IMG/VR virus record: IMGVR_UViG_2713896906_000007
Location: 1-40,423 of that record
Length of the DNA: 40,423 nt
Strand: one strand, 5' to 3'
Origin: a virus
Lineage: Duplodnaviria; Heunggongvirae; Uroviricota; Caudoviricetes
The notes beneath the pieces were generated by a model. It did not search any database, was not told the DNA's origin, and worked only from the letters and a program-made list of their open reading frames with translations. This document shows positions 1-9,180 of the stretch, in pieces (position 1 is the stretch's first letter; each line of letters starts with the position of its first letter). The translations under genes were made by a program, and so were the position numbers.

Positions 1-135
1 TCAAAACATGTAAAGCCTTGCAAGCCATTGTGAGGCCTTATGTGTCTCAGTTTTGTCCCACCTTGTATTATGACTTGCATAGCCAATGAAGATAAACGTG
101 ACGACAAACAGCGCAGCAGTTTTCTTTTCCTTCAT
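1..135 (-). CDS. Small hypothetical protein (44 aa) with hydrophobic N-terminus; below the ORF-track size cutoff
   Basis: Manual minus-strand translation gives MKEKKTAALFVVTFIFIGYASHNTRWDKTETHKASQWLARLYMF with ATG at 133-135 and stop at 1-3. No homology recognised. Confidence 0.25.
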   Translation of the reverse strand: MKEKKTAALFVVTFIFIGYASHNTRWDKTETHKASQWLARLYMF

Positions 136-324
136 ACTTTCCCCACCCAGCATGCATACCTTCCACCATAACTGTAGTGAATGTCTGTTATGAGCGAAAA
201 GCAGACTGTTACGTGTTGAAGTTAATTGTATTTCTTAGGTAAACACTATCATTTTCCTGACGTTAAGTTGTATCTTTGATAGGATTAAAAAATGTATAGA
301 TAACTTATACTACTGAGGAAAAAA

Positions 325-1134
325 ATGACGCAAATTAGTGAACGATGGAAGCACAATGGCATTACTAAAGGTTATTGCAATATTTGTGGAAAATATGACT
401 TCCTCACAAAAGATCATGTTCCTCCAAAGTGCGCCATAACCTTAGGTCCTGTTCTTCAGAAAACAGTTAGCGAATTTTTTGGTGTTCAGGAACCAGTTAA
501 ACCATTAAATGCTAAAAACGGTTCTTATTTCAAAACCATTTGCAGCAACTGTAACAATAAGGTGTTAGGTGGACTCGACGTTGCAATTGAAAATGTAGCA
601 AAGTCCTTTAAAGAACAGTTGAGTCAATATATGAATGGTATGAATGTATATCCATTCATTAGAATACCTTTTGATAGCATATCTTTCACTAAGGCTATGA
701 TTGGACACGTGCTATCGGCAACTTCAGTTGAAGATTGTAAAAAAGAACCCGTAGATAGCCCCTTCTATACACCTTTAAAAGATTATGTTTTGGATAAAAA
801 TCCAAGTTTTGAGGAGACTCATGATATTTACTACTGGTTTTACCCACACAGAATGCACATATCAGCTCAAAGTGTAGCATTTATGAACGAAGGACATGTA
901 GCATTTATTTGTGCTTTACATTTTTTTCCTATCGGTTTTATTATCACAATTAAAAATGAAGGAATATACCCTGCCCACTCAACAAAATTAGAACTTGAAG
1001 ATAAATTCCTTACATTTAACATGACATCTGTAAATTATGAGTATACGACATTTCCATTTGTAAATCTTAAGGGAAACCAAATGTATGCTATAAGCAACGG
1101 CCATACATGTGTGAGTTATCCAATAATTAAGTGA
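325..1134 (+). CDS. Hypothetical cargo protein with N-terminal Cys-rich HNH-like motif and a ~180 aa C-terminal domain of unknown function
   Basis: ATG at 325 preceded by GAGGA with 5-nt spacing. N-terminus reads CNICGK-x8-DHVPPKC ... CSNCNN, resembling a zinc-ribbon HNH nuclease core. AT-rich composition unlike phage structural genes. Occupies the position of mcrA in K-12 e14. Confidence 0.6.
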   Translation: MTQISERWKHNGITKGYCNICGKYDFLTKDHVPPKCAITLGPVLQKTVSEFFGVQEPVKPLNAKNGSYFKTICSNCNNKVLGGLDVAIENVAKSFKEQLSQYMNGMNVYPFIRIPFDSISFTKAMIGHVLSATSVEDCKKEPVDSPFYTPLKDYVLDKNPSFEETHDIYYWFYPHRMHISAQSVAFMNEGHVAFICALHFFPIGFIITIKNEGIYPAHSTKLELEDKFLTFNMTSVNYEYTTFPFVNLKGNQMYAISNGHTCVSYPIIK

Positions 1135-1161
1135 CTGCCAGATCATACAATCGACGCATGT

Positions 1162-1509
1162 TCACTTTCTACATATACCATCTATAATGTCCGCTCTTGG
1201 CACGCAGGGGACCAACCAGCTGGTCCTCAGGTCCGATATGAGCGAGAAGCTGAAATTTGCAGTTGTTCCCAAAGTCGATGGAGGAATTTTTAACATTACC
1301 GTGTATTTATCAACGGAGAGCAGGTCACTCTCTATGGTTCTCGCATTATTTGTTAACAAAATAACATATTCTTTTGCTTCATCGATAGTATTGAATATCA
1401 TAACTTTCCCACTTAACATCGATATCTGCGGTAACTGATTAACACAAAGAAATTCATCCAATAGCAGAGAATAACTTTGAGTTTTAGATTTTAAAAAACC
1501 TTCATCCAT
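1162..1509 (-). CDS. Small hypothetical protein overlapping the 3' end of the PIN-TM gene; possibly co-transcribed
   Basis: ATG at 1507-1509 overlaps the PIN gene stop (1491-1493) by 19 nt. No homology recognised. A competing plus-strand ORF (1187..1438) covers the same DNA, so coding status is uncertain. Confidence 0.3.
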   Translation of the reverse strand: MDEGFLKSKTQSYSLLLDEFLCVNQLPQISMLSGKVMIFNTIDEAKEYVILLTNNARTIESDLLSVDKYTVMLKIPPSTLGTTANFSFSLISDLRTSWLVPCVPRADIIDGICRK

Positions 1510-2333
1510 AATGTTTCGAGTCTTGTGCCAATCACACCTTTTCCAATGTTATCCAGCCCTCGAACCATTGCGTATAAGCCACCTAATATTTGAATCCCTT
1601 CCTTTATACCTAAAGACGAATAGTCAAAAGTTGGAAAGAGGACGTAATAAGACATAATTACCCCAATACAAAACTCGAAAACTCCATAGGAAAGACGGAA
1701 ATTTTCTCTATACCAAAATAGTATGAGTCCTAAAACGGGCAAACCCACCATTGTCCCCCAAACTGTAATGGTAGATACCAGAACCTCTATATTGGAATAG
1801 ACGATGTTTGCGACTAGAGAAGCAAGCCCGCCGAGCGCAAAACTGGCTTTTAGGTAACGCTTTTGAGATGAAACAGCTTTTTCTGCTTTCTCTTCTATTT
1901 CTTTATTTAGAAAATCGCCTTTGCTTTCATTTATAAACTCAATGCCAGTCATAGATGTAATATTCCGACTAGCAAGAAAATAAGACAAGGCACGATCATT
2001 GGTCACGACGCAAGGAACTTCTTCTCCTTGCCGTTCTGCGTAAGAAATAGCTATTCGAGCAATATCAAAGTCTGCCCCAGTCAAACGCTGAGCATTTCTA
2101 TCGGATTGGAAGAGGTCGTTTTTTATTTTTTCAGGCGCTTCAACTATGAGCACACCAGCGGGAATTGACGAGGCCACTAAATCAGTAATATCTGACCATT
2201 TGTTGCTTTTCCCTCTATATGAAAGCTCATGCATCACAGCTCTTGGGATAACTAGCTTCCGATTTCCAGCTCTAGACAATATCTCCGGATGCTGCAATAA
2301 AACATTAGTATCAATTATGTATCTGCTTGGCAT
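1491..2333 (-). CDS. PIN-domain protein with C-terminal multi-pass transmembrane region
   Basis: N-terminal ~130 aa has PIN-like acidic motifs (IIDTNVLL ... VVTNDRAL). C-terminal ~120 aa has several long hydrophobic stretches. ATG at 2331-2333 with AGGGA 7 nt upstream. AT-rich. Confidence 0.65.
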   Translation of the reverse strand: MPSRYIIDTNVLLQHPEILSRAGNRKLVIPRAVMHELSYRGKSNKWSDITDLVASSIPAGVLIVEAPEKIKNDLFQSDRNAQRLTGADFDIARIAISYAERQGEEVPCVVTNDRALSYFLASRNITSMTGIEFINESKGDFLNKEIEEKAEKAVSSQKRYLKASFALGGLASLVANIVYSNIEVLVSTITVWGTMVGLPVLGLILFWYRENFRLSYGVFEFCIGVIMSYYVLFPTFDYSSLGIKEGIQILGGLYAMVRGLDNIGKGVIGTRLETLWMKVF

Positions 2334-2671
2334 AAGCTATCCCTGATACCTTAATTTATCAAATATAACAGTATGTAAACATATAAAACATAACTTCACA
2401 ACTCACTTATCGCTGCAAGTTTCCCACCCAGACAAGCCATGTGCTTAGATATCTGACCTAACGTTTCTAAAGTGATGAATGTCCGCTATTGGCACATAGC
2501 AGTCCTAGAGACAGTGTCGTAAAGTCATGGAGGATCGGTGGGAGGATATTCAGTTTCATTCATGCCGAAATACGGTAAAATCTATAACAGATAGAAATCA
2601 TTCAATATTCGCACTATCAGAAGCTGGCCAGCCAGCCGCAGCACTTTCTTGCATACGACGAGCCTGCGGTT

Positions 2672-3226
2672 TCATTTATCTCCGACCGGAAACTTCTTAT
2701 ACAGTGTCGATACACCAACATCATAGATGATCGCCACCTTCTGGCGAGGAATTCCTGCTGCAATTAATCGTCCGGCCTGCGCCCATTGTTCTGGTGTAAG
2801 TTTGGGACGACGTCCACCAATTCGTCCCTGTACGCGAGCAGCTTCCAGTCCGGCTTTTGTTCGTTCAACAATCAGTTCACGCTCCATTTCAGCCAGGGCA
2901 CCCATCACATGGAAGAAAAAACGCCCCATTGGTGTACTGGTATCAATTGAATCCGTCAGACTACGAAAGTTGATACCTCGTTCGCGCAGCTCTTCCACCA
3001 GCACGACAAGATGCCGCATGCTGCGACCGAGTCGATCCAGTTTCCAGACCACCAGAGTGTCACCTGCCGATAATGTCCTGAGCAGTTTTTTAAGTCCCGG
3101 CCTTTCGGACTTTGTACCGCTTATCTTGTCTTCAAAAATCAGCTCGCATCCTGCACAGTTCAGCGCATTACGTTGTAGATCTGTGTTCTGGTCATTTGTT
3201 GACACACGTACATAGCCAATAAGCAT
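2672..3226 (-). CDS. pin: Serine DNA invertase (Pin/Gin/Hin/Cin family)
   Basis: Protein MLIGYVRVSTNDQNTDLQ...DTLVVWKLDRLGRSMRHL...GGRRPKLT is near-identical in motif content to e14 PinE. Start moved to the ATG at 3224-3226 (GGGAG 8 nt upstream); the track ORF begins 12 codons earlier. Confidence 0.9.
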   Translation of the reverse strand: MLIGYVRVSTNDQNTDLQRNALNCAGCELIFEDKISGTKSERPGLKKLLRTLSAGDTLVVWKLDRLGRSMRHLVVLVEELRERGINFRSLTDSIDTSTPMGRFFFHVMGALAEMERELIVERTKAGLEAARVQGRIGGRRPKLTPEQWAQAGRLIAAGIPRQKVAIIYDVGVSTLYKKFPVGDK

Positions 3227-3281
3227 GGTAGATCTCCCTGACAAAAGCAGGAATGATGCCATTTGCTCGTTATTTCTGCAT

Positions 3282-3307
3282 TTTCATAAACGTTGGTTTG
3301 GGAGAAG
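3282..3307. repeat. Left crossover site of the Pin-invertible segment (gix/cix-like)
   Basis: ttggtttgggagaag at 3294-3308 is the exact reverse complement of 5201-5215. The core aaacc-NN-ggttt is typical of Gin/Cin/Pin sites. Lies just upstream of the pin start. Confidence 0.6.
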
Positions 3308-3666
3308 CGGCAAAACGGGATGTGGGGACAGGGGAAAATCAGATACCGGACATGACCTCTTTTGCCAGTGGTGATGGATGGATGAAATTACCCAACGGGA
3401 AAATCCTGCAATATGGTCGTGGTGCGGTTACGCCGACATTATCGACGCAAACAATGAGAATTACATTCAGCATCCCTTTCCCCAAAAAAGCGGACTGCGC
3501 CATGCTTACTCATTCTGGTGATGGCGGTGCGCCTTTAGGCGCTGGGCGAGGGTTCGTGATGACTGCAGAAGGCCCAACGTTAACCGACTTTAATTCTGCT
3601 TACAGAACGTCATCAACCAGCGACACGGTATCGATGAATTACAGTTGGTGGGCTGTTGGTGAGTAA
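3295..3666 (+). CDS. Alternative tail-fibre C-terminal variable cassette (promoterless in this orientation; fused to the constant N-terminus after inversion)
   Basis: In-frame GLGE codons at the crossover site followed by 124 codons. The track ORF 3253..3666 starts outside the invertible segment and is probably not translated as such. Confidence 0.55.
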   Translation, partial: GLGEAAKRDVGTGENQIPDMTSFASGDGWMKLPNGKILQYGRGAVTPTLSTQTMRITFSIPFPKKADCAMLTHSGDGGAPLGAGRGFVMTAEGPTLTDFNSAYRTSSTSDTVSMNYSWWAVGE

Positions 3667-3686
3667 TTTTATTCAGGGTGATTTAT

Positions 3687-4130
3687 ATGAACGAATATGT
3701 TTATAGCGCAAGGCATAATGCTTTTTTCCCTGTGGATATGATTGATAAATATAAATCAGAGGGATGGGATTTATCAGACGCTAAGGAAGTAAATCAAAAT
3801 ATTATCAGTGAGTTTATGGCTGAACCGCCACAAGGAAAAATCCGTATTGCCGGAGATGATGGGCTGCCTGCGTGGGCAGATATTCCGCCACCCACGCATG
3901 AAGAACTTATTGAAATTACTGAATCAGAAAGACAGCTACTAATTAACCAGGCCAACGAATACATGAACAGTAAGCAATGGCCCGGTAAAGCCGCTATTGG
4001 TCGTCTGAAAGATGATGAACTGGCGCAATATAATTTGTGGCTGGATTATCTGGACGCACTGGAACTGGTTGATTCCTCCAGTGCGCCAGATATTGAATGG
4101 CCTACGCCTCCGGCAGTTCAGGCCAGATGA
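3687..4130 (+). CDS. tfa: Tail fibre assembly protein (Tfa / Mu U-like), alternate-orientation copy
   Basis: ATG at 3687 with AGGGTG 6 nt upstream (track start at 3678 is GTG). C-terminus ...APDIEWPTPP mirrors that of the convergent tfa copy. Confidence 0.75.
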   Translation: MNEYVYSARHNAFFPVDMIDKYKSEGWDLSDAKEVNQNIISEFMAEPPQGKIRIAGDDGLPAWADIPPPTHEELIEITESERQLLINQANEYMNSKQWPGKAAIGRLKDDELAQYNLWLDYLDALELVDSSSAPDIEWPTPPAVQAR

Positions 4131-4704
4131 CATCCGGCGCGGTGCTGGTATCTGTTGCCGTCACCGCGTCAATGTAATCCAGCACAGCGTTAAGTCGGGT
4201 GGTTTCTGCCTGCGTCAGCTTCCGTCCGGCCTGTAGTTTCAGTTGAATCAGACTAATGGAAGCCATTGCTGCATCAATAAGTGACTGGCGCAGTGCTTCT
4301 GCCGCGTCTACTGCGGCATTATGCTGTGCCTCAGTATCTGTCACCCATTTCTCACCATCCCATTTATCGTATGGCGTTAATGGGGCGATAGTGGTTGTAT
4401 TATTAGGGTAATCACCCGGAGCTGTGATTTCTTTTGATTCTCCTGTTTCGGTGCTATAGATGATTTCACCGCGATGGTCTGGCACATATTCCCATGAGTT
4501 AAAATCTGCAGAACGGCAGATTGCATAACCAGCTTTATGTGTAACTGGTGCATCTAAACAAGAACATGCCGGGATACCGACGCCAACCGCAAGATATTCA
4601 GTTGATGTGGAAATATACTCCCGCGTTTCACCATCATAATTATAAATGGTAATGACTCCCGCTTTTATGGCAATGAGTTCGTTATTTAATACGGCTTTAT
4701 TCAT
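4102..4704 (-). CDS. tfa: Tail fibre assembly protein (Tfa), copy expressed in the current orientation
   Basis: Immediately follows the tail-fibre CDS on the minus strand (start overlaps the fibre stop). Tfa-like C-terminus ...APDVIWPELPEA. Overlaps the convergent tfa 3' end by 29 nt. Confidence 0.8.
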   Translation of the reverse strand: MNKAVLNNELIAIKAGVITIYNYDGETREYISTSTEYLAVGVGIPACSCLDAPVTHKAGYAICRSADFNSWEYVPDHRGEIIYSTETGESKEITAPGDYPNNTTTIAPLTPYDKWDGEKWVTDTEAQHNAAVDAAEALRQSLIDAAMASISLIQLKLQAGRKLTQAETTRLNAVLDYIDAVTATDTSTAPDVIWPELPEA

Positions 4705-5504
4705 CAGGCAGCCCTCACGATATAATTAAAGGCAATGTTACGAGGACGGTTTTCGTTTGCAGTTGGAACAATTCTTGAAGCATCAAGGCCAATCACTTTT
4801 GGGTAAACAGCGCCATCTGTTCTTTCTGTCACCATACTTCTGATTAAGGAGAAATAACTATTGTTCGTTGAGGGGTTCAAAGGCACCACTGCCCCCTTAA
4901 AAGAGCCTACTGATTCCCATATTGAATAATTTTCGGTGTTTACAGTCTTGAACTCACCATAGATATTACGTATGGCATCGCCCTGAGCGGATAATATTGC
5001 CCTCCCCGTATCCATACCACGTCCGTCATCCCAGCCACGAATAAACTCACCACGTAAATCAGGCAATTTATTTGTCGGGTAAGCCTTTGCCAGTTCCGGG
5101 TATTCTTCAGCAGAAAAAGCTGCTCCGTTGCATTTCAGCCAGCCTGTTGGCGGAGTGGCTGAGGGCCACGGAACAGGTACGCCAACAGGCAATGCTGAGC
5201 CTTCTCCCAAACCAAGGTTTTCGAGAGCCGTTTTCACCGTGCCATCCGATTTGATATCGCCAAACGGATTCTTGCGGCTTAACAGCAGCGCACGAAGCGC
5301 GGTAAGCAGCTGGTCATGCCGCCCCTTATCCAGGCTGGCACCGGATGCCTCCACCACGCTGCAGAGTTCTTCCTGCAACATGTCAAAGTAGTCATCATCC
5401 AGATCGGTGGCAGGTGTGCCGGTCTGGGGGTTACCACGGGTAAAACCGTTCTTACCCGCGCCGAACTTATCCTTCTGCGCGGTTTTCGTGTCTATACGAT
5501 GCAT
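4704..5504 (-). CDS. stf: Side tail fibre protein (constant N-terminus + invertible variable C-terminus)
   Basis: N-terminus [40 protein letters not shown] matches the e14 StfE/StfP constant region. The crossover site lies at codons 95-102. Confidence 0.8.
   Translation of the reverse strand: MHRIDTKTAQKDKFGAGKNGFTRGNPQTGTPATDLDDDYFDMLQEELCSVVEASGASLDKGRHDQLLTALRALLLSRKNPFGDIKSDGTVKTALENLGLGEGSALPVGVPVPWPSATPPTGWLKCNGAAFSAEEYPELAKAYPTNKLPDLRGEFIRGWDDGRGMDTGRAILSAQGDAIRNIYGEFKTVNTENYSIWESVGSFKGAVVPLNPSTNNSYFSLIRSMVTERTDGAVYPKVIGLDASRIVPTANENRPRNIAFNYIVRAA
5202..5227. repeat. Right crossover site of the Pin-invertible segment, inside the tail-fibre gene at the constant/variable junction
   Basis: cttctcccaaaccaaggttttc sits in codons 95-102 (ENLGLGEG) of the tail-fibre CDS. 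It is a 15-bp perfect inverted repeat of 3294-3308. Confidence 0.6.
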
Positions 5505-5507
5505 GGA

Positions 5508-6092
5508 TTACTCCGGATATTTAAAAATTACGTAGGTATGCGAAGGGCAGAGTTTGTTAAGCACACACTCGACAACGGTGTCGCCCCAGATACGCAGCGC
5601 GGAATCACAGGGATCGCCACATGTCATCCAGGTGCTGTTGGTGGTGGCTGGCATGTTGACCTGCCAGTAATACCGCCATTCCGGCGCATTCACCGCGTCA
5701 GTACAGGCCGATGAGCAGGTGAACGTGCTTTTGTCGTATCGCGTGATGGTGGCATCTGGTCTGCCCAGGGCAGCAAGCTGTGCAAGATAAAAATCCTCGT
5801 TGATGCCGCCCGTCAGGTTAACCTTCGCATCCAGCCGTTGCTGACGCTGGCGAAGGGTCTGCGTTCCCGCCGGAATACATTCATCCGGCAGACCGCACAG
5901 ACGCTCCCAGCGGTTTATCAGTTCAGTGGTGGTGCGCGGATCCAGCTCCCGCATCAGGGCATCCGCACGCTGATGAACGCGGGTTAATGACGGTGCCGCA
6001 CCGGCAATCGCCGGATCGCTGGCTGACCACGCCGGACCGGGGGGCAACAGTGCCGACAACAGACGGATGTAATCATCGTTTGTCACGTCCAT
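5508..6092 (-). CDS. Tail protein, YmfQ / Mu gp48-like (DUF2313)
   Basis: 194 aa, same length as e14 YmfQ. Sits between baseplate J and the tail fibre. Confidence 0.7.
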   Translation of the reverse strand: MDVTNDDYIRLLSALLPPGPAWSASDPAIAGAAPSLTRVHQRADALMRELDPRTTTELINRWERLCGLPDECIPAGTQTLRQRQQRLDAKVNLTGGINEDFYLAQLAALGRPDATITRYDKSTFTCSSACTDAVNAPEWRYYWQVNMPATTNSTWMTCGDPCDSALRIWGDTVVECVLNKLCPSHTYVIFKYPE

Positions 6093-7141
6093 GAAATCGT
6101 CCCCAGTACCGCCAGTTCATTTTTTGCAATGGAGATATTGTCTGCCGGTGCAAGCAACTGATGGCTGTATTCCCCGTTCGCACCGGAAATCGCCTCACTG
6201 ATACGCGATACCTTCAGTTCTCCCTGCGGATAACCATCACGCAGCAGGAACGAACGCAACTCCGCGGTGATGGCAGCCCGTATTTCCGGTGTGTCCGGCG
6301 TCACGCGGATATGAAAATCCACCGTATGTGCCACCGGCCTGAACACATACAAATCAGAGCCTGCCACCGGGGCCAGTGGCCCGATATGTTGTCTTGCCGC
6401 CGTTTCCGTTGATTCTTCCGGAATGGGATTAATCAGGTCACTGCCGGCAATCATCACACCGACAGTCCCCGTTCCCATCCAGTGACGGTATGTCCATGCG
6501 CGGGTAATGCCGGGCACTTCTTTAGCCCAGACGACATAGTCCCCGTCAGCCCCACCCTGAGGCGTCCAGTAATACCGCTCAATGACGCGGGCGCGCCACG
6601 TTTCCAGATCTTCAGTATCGAATCCGCCAGTCAGGGTATCTGCCACACCGGAAGACGGCAGACCATTCACCGGCGTGACCAGGATTAATGCCGTACCGTC
6701 GTCAGCGTTACCGACCGCACCTGCACTTGAGCAGGCGATCGGCACGCGCAGGACACCACCGGAGCTGGTTGCATCGGCAGTTGCCGTGTACTGAACCAGG
6801 TCATCGCGCTGAATAACACTCCCGGCAGTCACCTTCAGGCCATCGCTGACACCTTCCCAGCGCATATACCCGCTGGCAGCCGTGGCCCCCTTGCGCGGAC
6901 ACCGTTTCATCGCAGCATGTCGCGCCAGCCAGGACTCATCGCACAGGTCAGGCAGCATGTTCATTGCCAGATAATCGATGTAACCGTAAACCGTATGCAG
7001 CGCCGCCGCATACACCTTTGCCCGCACGTCTTCATCCATGCGCCGGAGCGTGTCGCTGACGTCCAGCCTGGCGAATAAATCGTTACGGAGCATACTGATA
7101 TTTTCTGCCAGCGTCGGGCGTTGAAATTCACTGTCCGCCAT
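6083..7141 (-). CDS. Baseplate J-like protein (Mu gp47 / JayE-like)
   Basis: 352 aa. Order and size match the baseplate J family. Overlaps neighbours as in a translationally coupled operon. Confidence 0.8.
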   Translation of the reverse strand: MADSEFQRPTLAENISMLRNDLFARLDVSDTLRRMDEDVRAKVYAAALHTVYGYIDYLAMNMLPDLCDESWLARHAAMKRCPRKGATAASGYMRWEGVSDGLKVTAGSVIQRDDLVQYTATADATSSGGVLRVPIACSSAGAVGNADDGTALILVTPVNGLPSSGVADTLTGGFDTEDLETWRARVIERYYWTPQGGADGDYVVWAKEVPGITRAWTYRHWMGTGTVGVMIAGSDLINPIPEESTETAARQHIGPLAPVAGSDLYVFRPVAHTVDFHIRVTPDTPEIRAAITAELRSFLLRDGYPQGELKVSRISEAISGANGEYSHQLLAPADNISIAKNELAVLGTISWT

Positions 7142-7556
7142 GCGTTATCGCACTCCACAGATCATCAAAAGAAATCATTACCGGTCCGTCACGACGCCAG
7201 AGAGTGATACTGTTACCCAGTTCATTAATCCCGGTGCGGCGGATATCCAGATCAATACGGGACACCACGCCGTCATCAATCATCCATTGCAGGCATTCGC
7301 GGATATACCCCCTTACCGTCTGCACCAGCTGATTGGTCAGTTTGCTGCGCTGAAGCAGCCACAGCCGGGAGCCGTAACGGTCATTCTGTACCGCAGGCCA
7401 GGTATCCCCCCACCATCCCATCGGGACGTCGGCGTTGTCATCAGGCTCCGCCCGCCGCCAGGTAAACAGGGAAATCACCACGGCGCGGGTCAGCGGATCC
7501 AGCTGTGCGCTGGCGCAGGTGCGTTTACCGTTCACCGTCAGCCACAGTTCCATCAT
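7128..7556 (-). CDS. Baseplate protein, GP46 / P2 W-like
   Basis: 142 aa located between the spike and J homologues. Confidence 0.7.
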   Translation of the reverse strand: MMELWLTVNGKRTCASAQLDPLTRAVVISLFTWRRAEPDDNADVPMGWWGDTWPAVQNDRYGSRLWLLQRSKLTNQLVQTVRGYIRECLQWMIDDGVVSRIDLDIRRTGINELGNSITLWRRDGPVMISFDDLWSAITHGGQ

Positions 7557-8101
7557 GCCTCCATCGCTTTATCAGGTTTGTCGGTGTTACTGCCCTGACC
7601 GTTCTCTCTGTGACGATGCCCGTTATAAGCAAGCCGCATCGCTGACATGGTGGTGCCGCCGGAGTCGCACAGGTCTTTCACCTGTCCTGTCACTTCCAGG
7701 TCCATTTCAAAACGTGCTTCAGGTGCATTGCGAAACGTAATCGTTTTACCTGCACCGTCCACCACGATCCCCTCCCGGGTCAGCGTCACAGACTGCCCCT
7801 GATCGTCATAGACAGCCACCTCACCCGTCTGCAGCCCTTTCAGGCGGTAACGCCGATCCGACACCGTAACAACCACCGCATGAGAACGGTCACCATCCGG
7901 AAACAACACCACCGCTTCCGCACCGCTGTTTGCCCTTGCGGTAAAACCGTAAGGTTCAAGATGTTCAACCCCGGCTTTGGGTTCACCGGCAATCAGGGAC
8001 ACATCCACGGTCTGACATTTCGTGGCGGCACTGATGCTTTTCACCACGGCCCGCCCAATCAGCCCGAGGAGTTGTCGCTGTATGGTTTCAATCGCCCTCA
8101 T
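7553..8101 (-). CDS. Baseplate assembly protein V / spike (Mu gp45-like)
   Basis: 182 aa in the Mu-like order after the gp44-like gene. Confidence 0.7.
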   Translation of the reverse strand: MRAIETIQRQLLGLIGRAVVKSISAATKCQTVDVSLIAGEPKAGVEHLEPYGFTARANSGAEAVVLFPDGDRSHAVVVTVSDRRYRLKGLQTGEVAVYDDQGQSVTLTREGIVVDGAGKTITFRNAPEARFEMDLEVTGQVKDLCDSGGTTMSAMRLAYNGHRHRENGQGSNTDKPDKAMEA

Positions 8102-9180
8102 CAGAACGGGTCCTCCTGTACTCTGGCTTTTTTCTTTTTCCGCGCGCCGGGATCTTCGGGTTCAGGCAGATAAGCATCAGGCGGGCCGACACGGATTTCC
8201 GTCAGGGTGCCGTTCTGGTCCTGAGTAAACGTGACTTCCGAAACAAGCAGTTCGGTATTGTCGAAACCACAGACCGGATCAAAGACAATCACCCGCTGGT
8301 TGGGCTGCCACAGCGTACCGTTACCCTGTCGCCAGCCCTGCACCACATAGGTGGTTTCATCCGTCCGCGCCGCCCGTTGTCGGGCTTCAAAGTCAGCACG
8401 CGCAATACAGCCTGCCCCCGTGGCCTGCCCTGTCTGCCTGATATACATCGGACGGTAACGGGCAATAAATGCGTCCTCTGTGCGGGCCCGCAGCGCGGTG
8501 GTGGTGGCCTCACCGAAATCATCGTCGTTTCCGGCACGCTGCCCCGCCACCTGGTAAACTGAAAACCGCTCCCGGATACTCTTCTCCGTATCGCAGGAAA
8601 GGATGTTTTCCCCGAGTACCAGCGCGGTATGTGCCCGCGTTGAGCCAATACCGCCAATCACCAGCCTGCCGTGCGGGTCGTCGTAAGCCAGTGCCTGCTG
8701 CTGACCGAGTATTTTGTTGATTACCTCAATCACCGTTTCACCGTGATCAGGCTGGACGTCAGGAATAACACCCGACGGCGCACCGTTGTTCACCACCTCA
8801 ATGCCGAAGGGCGCAGCAAGCGCCTGCGCAATCTGTACCAGCGATCGTCCGTTAAACTGTGTCGGTTCGGCTGCACAGTCAATCAGATCAGCGGTCAGAC
8901 TGCGTCCGGCAATACCGGTGCTGACCGAACGGGCATCGTAACGAACGGGCGTCGCCTCCACCCAGCCGGTGATCACCAGCTCATCACCAATCAGCACTTC
9001 CACTTTTGAACCGTTTTTAATGCGCGGCTGAAGCGTGGTGATACCCTCATCTCCCGGCCACTGGCGGGTGATCTCCACACTGAAATCCCGCGCCAGTCGT
9101 TCAACACCGGCACCGATGCGCACCGATGTCCAGCCATTCCACTCCCGGCCATTTACCCGTAACGTGACGTTATCGTTCAT
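8101..9180 (-). CDS. Baseplate hub / tail protein D-like (Mu gp44-like)
   Basis: 359 aa. Syntenic with Mu gene Q. Confidence 0.7.
   Translation of the reverse strand: MNDNVTLRVNGREWNGWTSVRIGAGVERLARDFSVEITRQWPGDEGITTLQPRIKNGSKVEVLIGDELVITGWVEATPVRYDARSVSTGIAGRSLTADLIDCAAEPTQFNGRSLVQIAQALAAPFGIEVVNNGAPSGVIPDVQPDHGETVIEVINKILGQQQALAYDDPHGRLVIGGIGSTRAHTALVLGENILSCDTEKSIRERFSVYQVAGQRAGNDDDFGEATTTALRARTEDAFIARYRPMYIRQTGQATGAGCIARADFEARQRAARTDETTYVVQGWRQGNGTLWQPNQRVIVFDPVCGFDNTELLVSEVTFTQDQNGTLTEIRVGPPDAYLPEPEDPGARKKKKARVQEDPF

Larger units (their letters stand above)
3294..5215. mobile_element. Pin-invertible tail-fibre segment (P-region-like), ~1.9 kb, carrying two alternative fibre C-termini and two assembly chaperones
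   Basis: Bounded by the inverted crossover sites. Contains convergent gene pairs (variable fibre part + tfa) on each strand. Reading frame is preserved across both sites (GLGE codons in the same phase). Confidence 0.65.

Noticed and set aside
1-324. Prophage attachment site or mcrA at the pin-distal end
   Set aside because: No McrA-like sequence is present, and no att core can be identified without the other prophage end, which lies beyond 40423.
695-880. 61-aa minus-strand ORF inside the HNH-like cargo gene
   Set aside because: Fully antisense to a longer ORF with a good RBS, and has no RBS of its own.
2527-2730. 67-aa plus-strand ORF in the region between PIN-TM and pin
   Set aside because: No RBS, overlaps the pin 3' end, and lies in the promoter and repeat-containing intergenic region.
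2727-3215. 162-aa plus-strand ORF
   Set aside because: Antisense to the pin gene, whose protein is strongly recognisable. Arg/Ser-rich low-complexity translation typical of a wrong-frame read.
5316-5714. Plus-strand ORFs of 60-165 aa scattered through 5-23 kb (for example 5316..5714, 7140..7598, 9328..9825, 15284..15874, 16334..16801, 19780..20355)
   Set aside because: All are antisense to long, syntenic, recognisable minus-strand structural genes in GC-rich DNA.
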